55,181 bases of DNA from Verrucomicrobiota bacterium (GTDB lineage Bacteria; Verrucomicrobiota; Verrucomicrobiia; Verrucomicrobiales; DEV007): the NCBI GenBank assembly GCA_045046875.1, contig JASFYY010000067.1:1-55181 (forward strand). The letters are read 5' to 3'. The translations under genes were made by a program, and so were the position numbers. Numbering within the stretch: the stretch's first letter is position 1; each line of letters starts with the position of its first letter. Below the pieces are notes generated by a model. That model was given only the letters and a program-made list of their open reading frames with translations, was not told where the DNA came from and did not search any database. Below, piece by piece: positions 7,086-17,034 of this stretch.

Positions 7086-7193
7086 TTTTTGAAGCTGGGT
7101 AGTGTGCTATACGGTTTGATGTGGCGGAAAATGATCCCGACATGGTCTTGGGCTAAAGCTAGCACGAATCAGCAGCACACAAAAACAGATATC

Positions 7194-8612
7194 ATGAGTA
7201 AAAGCGACTTTGGATTGATTGGTCTCGCAGTGATGGGACAGAATTTGGTATTGAATGTCGAAAGCCGGGGCTTTCAAGTATCGGTTTATAACCGAACCAC
7301 CTCAAAAATGGAAGGTTTTGTCGCGGAGAATCCGGATAAAAATCTGGTGGGAGCAAAATCGCTGGAGGAATTTGTCGAAAGCCTCGAACAGCCCCGCAAG
7401 GTGATGATCATGGTGCAGGCGGGTGGTCCGGTGGATGCGGTGATCGAAGATTTGATTCCGCTATTGGACAAAGGTGATTTGATCATCGATGGCGGCAATT
7501 CGCTTTACACGGATACTGAGCGTCGTTCGGCCTACTTGGAGCCTACTGGTTTGCTGTTCATCGGCACGGGGGTGTCGGGCGGAGAAGAAGGTGCGCTGAA
7601 AGGCCCTTCGATCATGCCGGGTGGGCCGGAAGCGAGTTGGGAAGTAATCAAGCCGGTGTTTGAGGCGATTTCGGCTAAAGTGGATGGGGTTCCCTGCGTG
7701 ACGCATATCGGTCCGGGAGGAGCGGGGCATTATGTCAAGATGGTGCACAACGGCATCGAATACGGCGATATGCAGTTGATCTGCGAAGCGTATCAAATTT
7801 TTAAAACCGCTGGATTCACCACGGATGAAATGGCTCAAGTGTTTGAGGACTGGAATAGTGGCGATCTTGAATCGTACTTGATTCAGATCACCAGCAAGAT
7901 TTTCACCATTAAGGACGAAGAGACCGGACAAGCGATCATCGATGTGATCATGGATCGTGCGGGGCAAAAAGGCACTGGGCGCTGGACCGTGATGAGTGGT
8001 GTGGAGAACGCGATTGTGATTTCGACCATCAACGCAGCGGTGGAAGCGCGTATTTTGTCGGCGAAAAAAACCGAGCGTGTGGCGGCGGCTCCGAAATTTG
8101 ACGGACCGACTGCGAAGATCGAAGGAGATAAAGCTGAGCTGGTGAAAAAGGTAAAGGATGCGCTGTATGCGTCGAAGATCGTTTCTTATGCGCAGGGTTT
8201 GGACATGATGCAGAAAGTGGGCGAGGAGCACGGCTGGGGATTGGACCTCGGTTCGATCGCCCGGATTTGGCGTGGTGGTTGTATTATCCGCGCGCGTTTC
8301 CTCAATCGCATCACCGAGGCTTATGAAAACAACCCTGAGTTGAGCAATCTGATGCTCGATCCGTTTTTCAACAAGGTCATGAATGAGACTCAGCAGAACT
8401 GGCGTGATGTGGTGGCTCTGGCAGTGAGCAATGGGATTCCGGTTCCTGCTTTTTCGGCTTCACTGGGTTATTACGACAGTTACCGCAGCGAGCGTCTGCC
8501 GGCGAATTTGTTGCAAGCACAGCGTGACTTTTTCGGAGCGCATACTTATGAGCGCATTGATAAACCTGCAGGCGAGTGGTTTCACACTGACTGGCCGGAG
8601 GTGATTGATTGA
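7194..8612 (+). CDS. gnd: NADP-dependent 6-phosphogluconate dehydrogenase
   Basis: GLIGLAVMGQNL, VKMVHNGIEYGDMQ, LPANLLQAQRDFFGAHTYER. Confidence 0.98.
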   Translation: MSKSDFGLIGLAVMGQNLVLNVESRGFQVSVYNRTTSKMEGFVAENPDKNLVGAKSLEEFVESLEQPRKVMIMVQAGGPVDAVIEDLIPLLDKGDLIIDGGNSLYTDTERRSAYLEPTGLLFIGTGVSGGEEGALKGPSIMPGGPEASWEVIKPVFEAISAKVDGVPCVTHIGPGGAGHYVKMVHNGIEYGDMQLICEAYQIFKTAGFTTDEMAQVFEDWNSGDLESYLIQITSKIFTIKDEETGQAIIDVIMDRAGQKGTGRWTVMSGVENAIVISTINAAVEARILSAKKTERVAAAPKFDGPTAKIEGDKAELVKKVKDALYASKIVSYAQGLDMMQKVGEEHGWGLDLGSIARIWRGGCIIRARFLNRITEAYENNPELSNLMLDPFFNKVMNETQQNWRDVVALAVSNGIPVPAFSASLGYYDSYRSERLPANLLQAQRDFFGAHTYERIDKPAGEWFHTDWPEVID

Positions 8613-8671
8613 GGAAGGAGGTAGAATTCAGGATTCGGAATCTCGAGAGTTTGATTTTGGATCCTGGCCAG

Positions 8672-8746
8672 GGCAAGCGGAGCGCTCGCCCTACAAAATG
8701 TAGGTTTTGAGGGACTGTGAATTGTAGGGCGGGCGCTTCGCCTGCC
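8672..8746. repeat. GTAG-headed REP-like palindrome doublet
   Basis: GGCAAGCGGAGCGCTCGCCCTAC (8672-8694) and GTAGGGCGGGCGCTTCGCCTGCC (8724-8746) in inverted orientation between convergent genes. Confidence 0.75.
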
Positions 8747-8763
8747 TTGCAGGGCATGTTTTT

Positions 8764-9990
8764 CTACAGCCCGCGGTGGATGTGCTCTAGGGCGAGCACG
8801 GCGTAGGCGGTGACGAGGACGGGGTCGTCTTCCCACCAGCGTTTGGAGCCTTGGTTGATCCATGAGCCGTTGCGCTGTTGATCGTCGAAAAGTTTCAAGG
8901 CGAGTTTTTCGCGCCATTTGATTTTGCTGCCGTCTTCCAGGGTCAGGGTATCGGTGCCGTAGAGGGCGAGGGCTTTGGCCATGGTGTGGTAGTAATAATA
9001 GAGACCCTGGGATTTGAGTCCGGGGTTCTCGTCGATGGAGAAATTCTGTGACAACCAGGTCAGAGCTGCCTGCATGCGTGGATCTTGTTTGTCCATGTCG
9101 GCGTAGATGAAGCTTAACATGCCGGCGTAACCCATGCTGCCGTAGGAGCGCAAGGCGACCTTGCCGTCGGCGGTTTTTTGTTCGCCGGCTTTGGTATCGC
9201 CGGGGAAATAGACAAATCCTCCGCGGTCTTTTTCGTTAAGAGCGTAGTCGTCACCGAGCATTTTAACGGTCTTTTCAGAGTTCTGGCATTTTTCAACGAA
9301 CTCGATGGCGGCTGCCCAGTCGAGGTCGAATTCTCCTGCTCCTCCGGCAGTATCTGAGAGGTATTGTTTGGAATAATGCAGGGCTTCCAAAGCAAGGTGG
9401 GTATTGGAGAGATCCGAGTGGGCATAGGTGCCGCCGTAGCCGATGCCGCCGTCGAAGACATTGTCGGTTTTGCCGCGGGCATCGAAATCGGATTGCTGGT
9501 TGATGAGAAATTTGCGTGCTGAGCGGATGATGGGTTCGCTGTCGGAATCGCCGCCTTGCATCAGCGCCATCATCGACAGAGAGGTGTTGTAAGTTGCCAG
9601 TCCTTTGCCGTAAATGCCGCCGTCGCTTTTTTGTTTGCTGATGATAAAAGCGAGACCTTTTTTGATTGCATCAGGCAGTTTGGCGGCCGGGGTATCGGTC
9701 AGTGCGGGGTCACCGGCGATGGCGGCGACTGCAAGCGCGCTGAGTGCAGGCTGATCGGTTTCGCTCCAGGCCCCACTCTGTGGGTTCTGGTGTTGTTTCA
9801 GCCATTTCACGCCTTTGTCGATGGCGTGTTCGATCTCCAAGCGGAGTGAGAGATTTCCTTGAGCTCCCGGTTTGGAGGTAATCTTTTTTTGTGCCGATGA
9901 CCAACCCGGGCTGAGGGAGATGATCGCGCAAAGGGTTAATGCATAAAAGGGGCGGGTGAAAGAGGGACTAAGAAAGGTATCGGTTTTCAT
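8764..9990 (-). CDS. Exported prenyltransferase/squalene-cyclase repeat protein
   Basis: QW-like repeats (LKQHQNPQSGAW, SKQKSDGGI, DDQQRNGSW), DLSNT motif, signal peptide. Confidence 0.85.
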   Translation of the reverse strand: MKTDTFLSPSFTRPFYALTLCAIISLSPGWSSAQKKITSKPGAQGNLSLRLEIEHAIDKGVKWLKQHQNPQSGAWSETDQPALSALAVAAIAGDPALTDTPAAKLPDAIKKGLAFIISKQKSDGGIYGKGLATYNTSLSMMALMQGGDSDSEPIIRSARKFLINQQSDFDARGKTDNVFDGGIGYGGTYAHSDLSNTHLALEALHYSKQYLSDTAGGAGEFDLDWAAAIEFVEKCQNSEKTVKMLGDDYALNEKDRGGFVYFPGDTKAGEQKTADGKVALRSYGSMGYAGMLSFIYADMDKQDPRMQAALTWLSQNFSIDENPGLKSQGLYYYYHTMAKALALYGTDTLTLEDGSKIKWREKLALKLFDDQQRNGSWINQGSKRWWEDDPVLVTAYAVLALEHIHRGL

Positions 9991-10002
9991 GGTGTGGGGC
10001 GA

Positions 10003-10857
10003 TTATTTGCTGGTCGGTTGCGGTCCCTTGTTGGGGCTCAAAATAAGTGTGATGGGGGTTCCCATGGAGGGCGCGACTTCGGCATTGGTGACCCAACGCT
10101 CGTCATCGTCCGATCCGGGGCGGAAGCTGTTGATGAGTGAACCGTTGTCGATGTAAACCGCGATCAGGGTGCCTTCTGATTCGGCGATGAAGGTGCCTTC
10201 GTAAATGATGGAGCCACTATAAATCCATTGGTCAGGTGACATTTTTGTCTGGGTTTTTAAATCGCGGATAAGCTCATTGATTTGGAAGCGCCGTGGTTTT
10301 TCTACTCCGTCGCTTTTTTCCGTCCATTCCGCAGCGATGCGCAAGGCGCTGCCTCGATCAGCTCTACCTGCCGCGCCCTTTTTCTCATCTTCGGGGTAGA
10401 GTGCATCGAAGATGTCGCCAACACCTTCGGTGTAGTGGCAAAGTTTGAGTGCGATTTGTAATTGGGCGGGTCTGACTTTGGTGCTGAGCAGGCTTTCGTG
10501 GATTTTACCTTCATCGGTGACCAGCACATATTCCAGTAGTCCTTTTTCCAGATTCATGGTGACAGGAAAGCGTATTTCCCGGGTCTTGCCGTTGAAGGTG
10601 ATGTCTCCCAGTTGGTAGAGATTCTCGCCGATTTTTTTGACGCTGGCTTTTGCGTTCTTAGGATCGGCTTTGTCTTCAGCGTGAAGATCGGAGGAAAGGG
10701 GGGCGAGGATCCATGAACTCAGGAATGCTATCAGACAGAGGTATAGCTGGACGGGCTTCCGTGGGGTGGGTGGTATGTTGGTCAATCTCACAATCAAATG
10801 ATAGCTGGCTCTGTGTAAGGATGCCAGCAAACTTTTCTCTGTTCCAGGACTTGCCAT
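10003..10857 (-). CDS. YdjY-like domain exported protein (start uncertain)
   Basis: GLLEYVLV...GKIHESLL and WIYSGS motifs as in YdjY-type proteins. Co-oriented upstream of the cyclase-repeat gene. Confidence 0.65.
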   Translation of the reverse strand: MASPGTEKSLLASLHRASYHLIVRLTNIPPTPRKPVQLYLCLIAFLSSWILAPLSSDLHAEDKADPKNAKASVKKIGENLYQLGDITFNGKTREIRFPVTMNLEKGLLEYVLVTDEGKIHESLLSTKVRPAQLQIALKLCHYTEGVGDIFDALYPEDEKKGAAGRADRGSALRIAAEWTEKSDGVEKPRRFQINELIRDLKTQTKMSPDQWIYSGSIIYEGTFIAESEGTLIAVYIDNGSLINSFRPGSDDDERWVTNAEVAPSMGTPITLILSPNKGPQPTSK

Positions 10858-10885
10858 GTTTACAAAAATCAGTTAGATCATTGCC

Positions 10886-11323
10886 ATGCCTACTACGTAT
10901 CAATCAACTATTGTTAAAGCCTCTTTGCAAGATGTCTGGGATCGGATCAGTGATTTCCATGATTTATCATGGGCTCCTGAAGTGATCACCAAGTGTGAAA
11001 AAGTGGGTGATGTCGATGGTCATGAAGTCGGGGCAAAAAGAGTATTGAATGACGCTTTCCATGAAACGGTGACCCGTATAGATGCCGGGCAGCATGTGTT
11101 TGAGTACTCGATTGACGACGGCCCGAGTCCGGTGTCGCCGAATGATGTGAGTAATTATCTAGGCGTGATCCGGCTCAAACCGGTGACGATGAGTGCGGGC
11201 GACGAAACTTTTGTTGAATGGTCATCATCGTGGGATTCCGACAGCTGCGAAGCGGTTGATTTCTGTTGTGGTATCTACGTGGCTTTGTTAGGCGGATTGA
11301 AGGCTTCGTTCGAAACCGCTTAG
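10886..11323 (+). CDS. SRPBCC (polyketide cyclase/dehydrase-like) family protein
   Basis: A....VW..I.DF..L.W, VGAKR, YSI pattern. Confidence 0.85.
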   Translation: MPTTYQSTIVKASLQDVWDRISDFHDLSWAPEVITKCEKVGDVDGHEVGAKRVLNDAFHETVTRIDAGQHVFEYSIDDGPSPVSPNDVSNYLGVIRLKPVTMSAGDETFVEWSSSWDSDSCEAVDFCCGIYVALLGGLKASFETA

Positions 11324-11336
11324 TGGTACGCTGCAG

Positions 11337-14018
11337 ATGATGTTTTTTCGCCTTGCCTGGCAGGATAGAGGGTTGCGAGTGCTGGCACTTGTTGTGCTGT
11401 CGCTGCTAGGCAGCTGTCTGCAAGGGCTAGCCGTTGATATCGAGATTCCCCGTGAATCACCACCGGGTTGGGTGGAGCCTCTGCCTGTGGAGGTCGACGC
11501 AAAGTCTTCCCAGAATTCGGGTGACGGGGGCATTTGGTATTTGTTGGCTGACATGCAAACTGATGTGGCGAGTCAAACCCGGTATTATCATTACGCTTAT
11601 CGTTTCCTTTCAGAATCGGGGGTGCAGGAATACTCGGAGCGCAGTTTTGCCTTTGACCCAAGGTATCAGAAGCTGGTTTTGCATCGCTTGCGAATTCACC
11701 GCGATGGGAAAGTGATAGACCGCTTGTTGGATCAGAGCATCAAGACACTGGAGCGTGAGTCGGGTTACGAGGAGCAATTGTATGATGGCAAGCTGACCAG
11801 TGTGGCTTTGTTGAAAGATATCCGGGTGGGTGATGTGTTGGATTACGCTTATTCGATAGAAGGGCGCAACCCTATTTTTGCCGGGCATTTTTCCACCACC
11901 CAGCAATGGAGTTGGGGCACGACCTTGCATCGGGCTCGTTACCGTTTGCTGTGGGATAAAGAGGAGGAGTTGTCTTTTCGAATGGAGAATAGCGATGCCG
12001 AGCCAGTGGTCACTGCACGTGGCAAAGGGCAGGAGTATGTGTGGGAGCAATGGGATAGCAATCCGGTTCACGAGGAATCGGGTGTGCCGGGTGACTACAG
12101 TGCGTATTCGTGGATAGAGCTGAGTGACTATCGTTCTTGGGATGAGGTAAGGACGTGGGCGCGGGCTTTGTATCATTACCCCGAGGTTTTCCCCGCTGAA
12201 TTGCAGCAGCAGATGAAGAAGATTCGCCTTTTGCCTAATGATGAACAAAAGGCTTTGGCTGCCCTGGGTTTTGTTCAGGACAACATACGTTATGTGGGCA
12301 GCTTTATGGGTGAGCATTCACACAAGCCCTACGACCTGGATACGATTATGAGCCGTCGTTTTGGTGACTGTAAAGACAAGACCCTGATTCTGGTGGCGGT
12401 GTTGCGGCAGTTGGGGTTGCAAGCCGCTCCAGCATTGTTGGACACGGATTTCCGCGGAAAAATTGTCGATTGGTTGCCGAGCCCGTTTGCTTTTGATCAT
12501 GTGGTGACCCGGCTGGAGCTGGCGGGCAAGGTGTATTGGTTGGATCCGACAAGAAGTTTCCAGCGTGGAGACTCTTTGGATAAGATTTATTTTCCTGATT
12601 ACCGCAAGGCTCTGGTATTGGATGACAGCAAGGGAGGGTTGGAGGAAATCAAATCTCCGGGTTTCCTGGGTGCAAAAACAGAGTTGGAGGAAGTGTTCAC
12701 CTTTGATGATTATAAAGGAGGCGCGCGATTGCAGGTGGTGACTGATTATTACGGCCGTGATGCCGATCAAATAAGGGCTTATTTTTCGAGGAGCGGCGAA
12801 GAGTCGATCAAGCAGGATTATATTGAATATTACGCTAACGACTATTCAAGTATTGAAATTGTCGGAACGATCAAGAGTGAGGATGATGAAGACGCCAATC
12901 ATTTCAAGGTGAGCGAAAATTATCAGATCAACGATTTTTGGGAGAAGAATGACGGGGGGGAATACTGGGGGGGGACTTTTTTTCCGAGGATGCTAAATAA
13001 TGAACTGTATTCTCCAACCCGTAAGAATAGAAAGATGCCTTACGGCATCAGTCATTTTCGAGATGTGACGCACAAACTTAAAATTGTGCTGCCGTCAAAA
13101 TGGGAGGATGAGGTCAGTGAGAGTGACGTCGATAACCCCGCATTTACTTTTGACTATGCGGTGGAGGCAGAGAGCAATGTGACGGAAATCAGTTATCGTT
13201 ATGTGAGTAAAAAAGATACGGTTCCGACAAAAGATGTCACTGCGTATGTAGAGGCGATCGACAAGGTGAAGGACGTGATGGGTTATGAAATCACCATTCC
13301 GGAATCCTATCGGACTCTCGCGGGGCAGGATTTGAGTGTGGAGGTGAACCTGGATGAAAATACGGAGGAGGAAGATTATCAACCCAATTGGCTGGCGATC
13401 ATTATTGCCTTGGGAGCGCTGTTTGTAGGATTACTGGCGTCACTAGGTTTTTATTTTTGGAATCCTGCAGCTCCTTCCCCAGGCTTGGCGGGCAAGCTGG
13501 GTGATAAGGAGTTGTTTGGTTTGGGCGGCTGGTTGGTGGTTGTGGCTTTGGGACTTTTTATCCGGCTTTTGCTGCGGGCAGTCAGTTTGATCGGCGATTT
13601 TGGAGATCTTGATCTGAGCGTATGGAATAACGTGACTACGGCCGGTAACGAATATTACCATTGGATGTGGGCACCTGCGATTTTAGGTAAGGTGATCTGG
13701 GATTTGTTTGTATTGCCTTTGGAGCTGCTACAGATTGTGTTGTATTTTCAGAAACGGACTTCTTTTCCGAAGCTGCTAATGGTGGAGATGTTTTTCCTAG
13801 TCGTTCAAGCAGCTGTTTTTGGAGTGATCTATCAGAGCTTGCCAGGTATAGAAGAAGGAGCCACAGAGGAGTCGCTTGGCAATTTCCGTTCTGCTCTTAT
13901 CGCGGCTTGTATTTGGATTCCGTATCTACTGGTGTCCAAAAGAGTTCGCAATACCTTTGTTGAGCGGCGAGGCAGGCAGGTCACTCCACCACCACTGGCC
14001 GTCAGCGCTACTGTTTAG
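11337..14018 (+). CDS. DUF3857 + transglutaminase-like protein with C-terminal DUF2569-like membrane domain
   Basis: RVGDVLDYAYS, FVQDNIRY, GDCKDK and FDHV triad motifs. C-terminal GLGGWL...WIPYLLVSKRVRNTF. Confidence 0.85.
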   Translation: MMFFRLAWQDRGLRVLALVVLSLLGSCLQGLAVDIEIPRESPPGWVEPLPVEVDAKSSQNSGDGGIWYLLADMQTDVASQTRYYHYAYRFLSESGVQEYSERSFAFDPRYQKLVLHRLRIHRDGKVIDRLLDQSIKTLERESGYEEQLYDGKLTSVALLKDIRVGDVLDYAYSIEGRNPIFAGHFSTTQQWSWGTTLHRARYRLLWDKEEELSFRMENSDAEPVVTARGKGQEYVWEQWDSNPVHEESGVPGDYSAYSWIELSDYRSWDEVRTWARALYHYPEVFPAELQQQMKKIRLLPNDEQKALAALGFVQDNIRYVGSFMGEHSHKPYDLDTIMSRRFGDCKDKTLILVAVLRQLGLQAAPALLDTDFRGKIVDWLPSPFAFDHVVTRLELAGKVYWLDPTRSFQRGDSLDKIYFPDYRKALVLDDSKGGLEEIKSPGFLGAKTELEEVFTFDDYKGGARLQVVTDYYGRDADQIRAYFSRSGEESIKQDYIEYYANDYSSIEIVGTIKSEDDEDANHFKVSENYQINDFWEKNDGGEYWGGTFFPRMLNNELYSPTRKNRKMPYGISHFRDVTHKLKIVLPSKWEDEVSESDVDNPAFTFDYAVEAESNVTEISYRYVSKKDTVPTKDVTAYVEAIDKVKDVMGYEITIPESYRTLAGQDLSVEVNLDENTEEEDYQPNWLAIIIALGALFVGLLASLGFYFWNPAAPSPGLAGKLGDKELFGLGGWLVVVALGLFIRLLLRAVSLIGDFGDLDLSVWNNVTTAGNEYYHWMWAPAILGKVIWDLFVLPLELLQIVLYFQKRTSFPKLLMVEMFFLVVQAAVFGVIYQSLPGIEEGATEESLGNFRSALIAACIWIPYLLVSKRVRNTFVERRGRQVTPPPLAVSATV

Positions 14019-14838
14019 CGGTCAGCTTGGCAAGGGCTGCCGCCATGCGTCGTCCAAGATCGGTGCAGCCTTTGAGTGCGAAGTGAACATTGGCTTTGCC
14101 TTCACGGTCGGCTTCGAACTGCAGATCGTTGGACGGCACGACGACGAAGAGGGGATCTTGTTTGGCAATTTGATCTAATGTGAGGTTGATGTTTTTGCGA
14201 CCGTCATTGAGTTCGCGGATGTGGGCAGCGACGATCGGCAGATCGGCTTTGATGTCGTGGCGGAAGCGCCAGAACAGCTTGGGCAAACTGTCGGCGTATT
14301 TTTCAGCGGGGAATTTGGAGTCACTTTCGCCTTGGTGCCAGATCAGGCCTTTCACGTTCCAAGTGAGGCCGTGATCTTTTTCAGCGGACTGTTTGGCGTG
14401 AGCGAGGTATTTGAGGAATTTGCCATAAAGGCCGCTGTTGTGGACTTTGCCATTGGCGGGATCGTCGCCGGGATACCAGCCCTTGCCGCTTTTGTCCCAA
14501 ACACCAGCTCCGCAACGACAGTATTGAATGAAAATGATGTCGTCATCCGAAAGCTGACGCAGGGAGTCGGCGAGCCCGTAACCCATGCGTCCTTTAGACA
14601 GGGATTTGAGCACGGTGAATTCTGATTGCTCGGGTTCGGAGACACATTGCATGCCGTAATAATACACTGGGTGTTTGTCGGATTTGGCCGGATCCCCGGC
14701 TGCGAGATTGCTGAGTCGCCAACCGTTGGATTGACCGGCGACGATGTAAACATCGATCGCTGATGCTTTTTGGTGGGACATCAAAATGAAAGCGAGCGTA
14801 GCGGCGAGGAAAAATAGTTGGTGCTTTGAGATATTCAT
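14008..14838 (-). CDS. Sialate O-acetylesterase (SASA/CE6-like) family protein
   Basis: AGQSN, WHQGESD and VHF motifs; signal peptide. Confidence 0.85.
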   Translation of the reverse strand: MNISKHQLFFLAATLAFILMSHQKASAIDVYIVAGQSNGWRLSNLAAGDPAKSDKHPVYYYGMQCVSEPEQSEFTVLKSLSKGRMGYGLADSLRQLSDDDIIFIQYCRCGAGVWDKSGKGWYPGDDPANGKVHNSGLYGKFLKYLAHAKQSAEKDHGLTWNVKGLIWHQGESDSKFPAEKYADSLPKLFWRFRHDIKADLPIVAAHIRELNDGRKNINLTLDQIAKQDPLFVVVPSNDLQFEADREGKANVHFALKGCTDLGRRMAAALAKLTAKQ

Positions 14839-14873
14839 TGCTGAAGTTTGCTAGGGTTTGCGTAGGCTTAGGC

Positions 14874-16277
14874 ATGAAACCTGCGCTAAGAAGCTTTCAA
14901 ATACAAATGCTCATCTGTGTTGCCTGTGCGTTGCAGGTAACAGTGGCTTGGGTGCATGCTGATACGTGGTATGTGAATAATGTGAAGGGGGATGATGGCC
15001 ATAATGGTCATGATGGTGCGAGTGCGGACTTGCCATTTCGCACTCTGGCGAAAGCGGTGAAAACAGCCCGGCTTTCCGATACGATTTCGATTGCCAATAC
15101 CGGCGAGGTGTATCAGGAGCCACTGGTTTTGTCCCATCTCGGAGGGACTCCGGCCAAGCCGATGATTATCGAAGGCAATGGTGCGGTGATCAGCGGTTTG
15201 CGGGACATTGAGACGGGGCAATGGGTGAAAAAAGGGGAGTTGTATGAAATCGTGGGACCGCAGCCTTATGGTTGGCCGATGCTGGTTATAGATGGTAAAC
15301 GCAGTCCGACAGGGGATGTGGAGGCGTTACAGCCTGGCCAGTGGTCGTGGTTGAGAGTAAAAGGGGACGACAAAAACGGAGCATTGAAATTTCGACCGGC
15401 AGCGGGCAAGACTCCGTCGGACTACCGGTTGCAGGGTGGGTTTGAGTCATCCGGGGTGCGGGTGGCTTCGTCAAGTTACTTGGTGATCAGGAACCTGGTT
15501 ACGGAATTTCATTCGAATGATGGTTTTAATATTCACGGGGATTGCCGCAGCAATGTGTTCGAAAACATTGAGGGGCGCTTTAATGGGGATGACGGTTTCA
15601 GCATTCACGAAGCGGTGGAGGCAGTGGTTCGCAATGGGTATTTTCATCACAATGGCTCGGGTATCGAGGATGTGAATTTGTCGCGGTCGTTTTATTCAGG
15701 GATTCGGGTGCATGATAACAGTCGGCTGGGTATATTATTCATCGGCGCTTTTCACAGCGCAGTGGATGTGGAAGTTTATAATAACCCGAGTAATTTCAGG
15801 ATCACGCCGGGAGTTACCAAACATTTGTTGGGTGGAGAGTTCAGCCCGATTCAAGGCACTTCGGTTTATTTGCAGAATGTGATTTCCCATGGTGGCGGCT
15901 CGGGAGCGGTGATAACGGATCGGGCGAGGGTGATGATTACCAGCTCGATTTTCAGTGGCTCTAAAATTGGTATCGATGCGGGAAAAGGAAGCCGGGTGCA
16001 TTTGACAAAAAGTGTGGTGGCCAACTGTGGGCAGTTGGAGTTGCGCTTGAAAGGGCAGGGTTTTTTCGGAGAGGCTAATGTGTATTTTCCCGGGCGTTAT
16101 GAGCTGGGCAGTGAAAAATTTACGCCTGGGCAATGGGCTGATTTTAAAAAAGCGGCGGGGCATCATGAGCAGGCCTTGCAGCAGGACCCGGTCTTGGACG
16201 AAAATTTTGTGATTGGGGAAAAGTCTTTGCAGAAAATCGGTAAATACAAGATCGGGCCGACGGCTTTGTATAAGTGA
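14874..16277 (+). CDS. Exported right-handed parallel beta-helix protein
   Basis: TWYV...GDD...PFRTL.KA start and NDGFNIHG/DDGFSIHE beta-helix repeats. Confidence 0.8.
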   Translation: MKPALRSFQIQMLICVACALQVTVAWVHADTWYVNNVKGDDGHNGHDGASADLPFRTLAKAVKTARLSDTISIANTGEVYQEPLVLSHLGGTPAKPMIIEGNGAVISGLRDIETGQWVKKGELYEIVGPQPYGWPMLVIDGKRSPTGDVEALQPGQWSWLRVKGDDKNGALKFRPAAGKTPSDYRLQGGFESSGVRVASSSYLVIRNLVTEFHSNDGFNIHGDCRSNVFENIEGRFNGDDGFSIHEAVEAVVRNGYFHHNGSGIEDVNLSRSFYSGIRVHDNSRLGILFIGAFHSAVDVEVYNNPSNFRITPGVTKHLLGGEFSPIQGTSVYLQNVISHGGGSGAVITDRARVMITSSIFSGSKIGIDAGKGSRVHLTKSVVANCGQLELRLKGQGFFGEANVYFPGRYELGSEKFTPGQWADFKKAAGHHEQALQQDPVLDENFVIGEKSLQKIGKYKIGPTALYK

Positions 16278-16341
16278 GTCAGGGTGGAGATAGGCGGTAT
16301 CCAATGCCCACTGGGCGTGCTATGGTGGGTAAAAGCGAAAC

Positions 16342-16563
16342 ATGGATGTTCCAGAGATCATAACTTGTGTCGATTGCGGTCAGAAAGCGCACCGCCTGTC
16401 TTATCCGCCCGAAGAGGGCTGGCAGGATGGCGATATCGTGGCGTACCGCTGTTCGGGTTGCATGGATCGCTGGGATCTGGTGATTGGTGACGGTGATGAT
16501 GGGGGGCGTGATCCAGAGGCAATTTTTGATTTCCGGCAGTGGCTGCAGGATCGCAATTCTTGA
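16342..16563 (+). CDS. Small zinc-ribbon protein
   Basis: CVDC...CSGC pairs; in an operon-like position. Confidence 0.7.
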   Translation: MDVPEIITCVDCGQKAHRLSYPPEEGWQDGDIVAYRCSGCMDRWDLVIGDGDDGGRDPEAIFDFRQWLQDRNS

Positions 16564-16574
16564 TTTTTATAAGT

Positions 16575-17006
16575 ATGGGTAATGAGAATAACAGCAGCGA
16601 AGTGATCTGGGTTCTCTATGACAGTGATTGCCCGTTGTGCACTTTTCAGATGAAGTCATTGACCTGGTTGGATTGGCTCAACCGGATCAAGTTTTTGCCG
16701 ATCAAGGATCCACAGTCGGCAAAGGTGGTGCCGGGTTTGACCCGCGAGGATTTGTTGGAAGCAATTCATTGTGTGACGGCGGATGGGAAGATTTACCGTG
16801 GGGCGAGGTGTATTCGATTTTTGGGCATGCGACTACCTTTGTTAGTGCCGCTGTCATTGTTTTTGTGGATTCCTGGTGTGATTTGGATCGCTGAAAAGTT
16901 TTACATGTGGATCAGTGATAACCGTTTGTTGTTGAGCAAGCTGTTTGGCTGCAAAGGTGCTTGTGTGATCATGCCAGAGCGCAAACGCGATCAGGCGGAC
17001 TCGTAG
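16575..17006 (+). CDS. DCC1-like (DUF393) thiol-disulfide oxidoreductase
   Basis: LYDSDCPLC motif. Confidence 0.85.
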   Translation: MGNENNSSEVIWVLYDSDCPLCTFQMKSLTWLDWLNRIKFLPIKDPQSAKVVPGLTREDLLEAIHCVTADGKIYRGARCIRFLGMRLPLLVPLSLFLWIPGVIWIAEKFYMWISDNRLLLSKLFGCKGACVIMPERKRDQADS

Positions 17007-17034
17007 GGTTGAAGGGGGTGGATAGGTGATTTGT

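Noticed and set aside
7089..7193. N-terminal extension of Gnd
   Set aside because: Family similarity begins at ATG 7194. The upstream part is the divergent promoter region.
8621..8663. Degenerate 7-nt periodicity (AATTCAG GATTCGG AATCTCG) after gnd
   Set aside because: Too degenerate and short to support as a repeat element.
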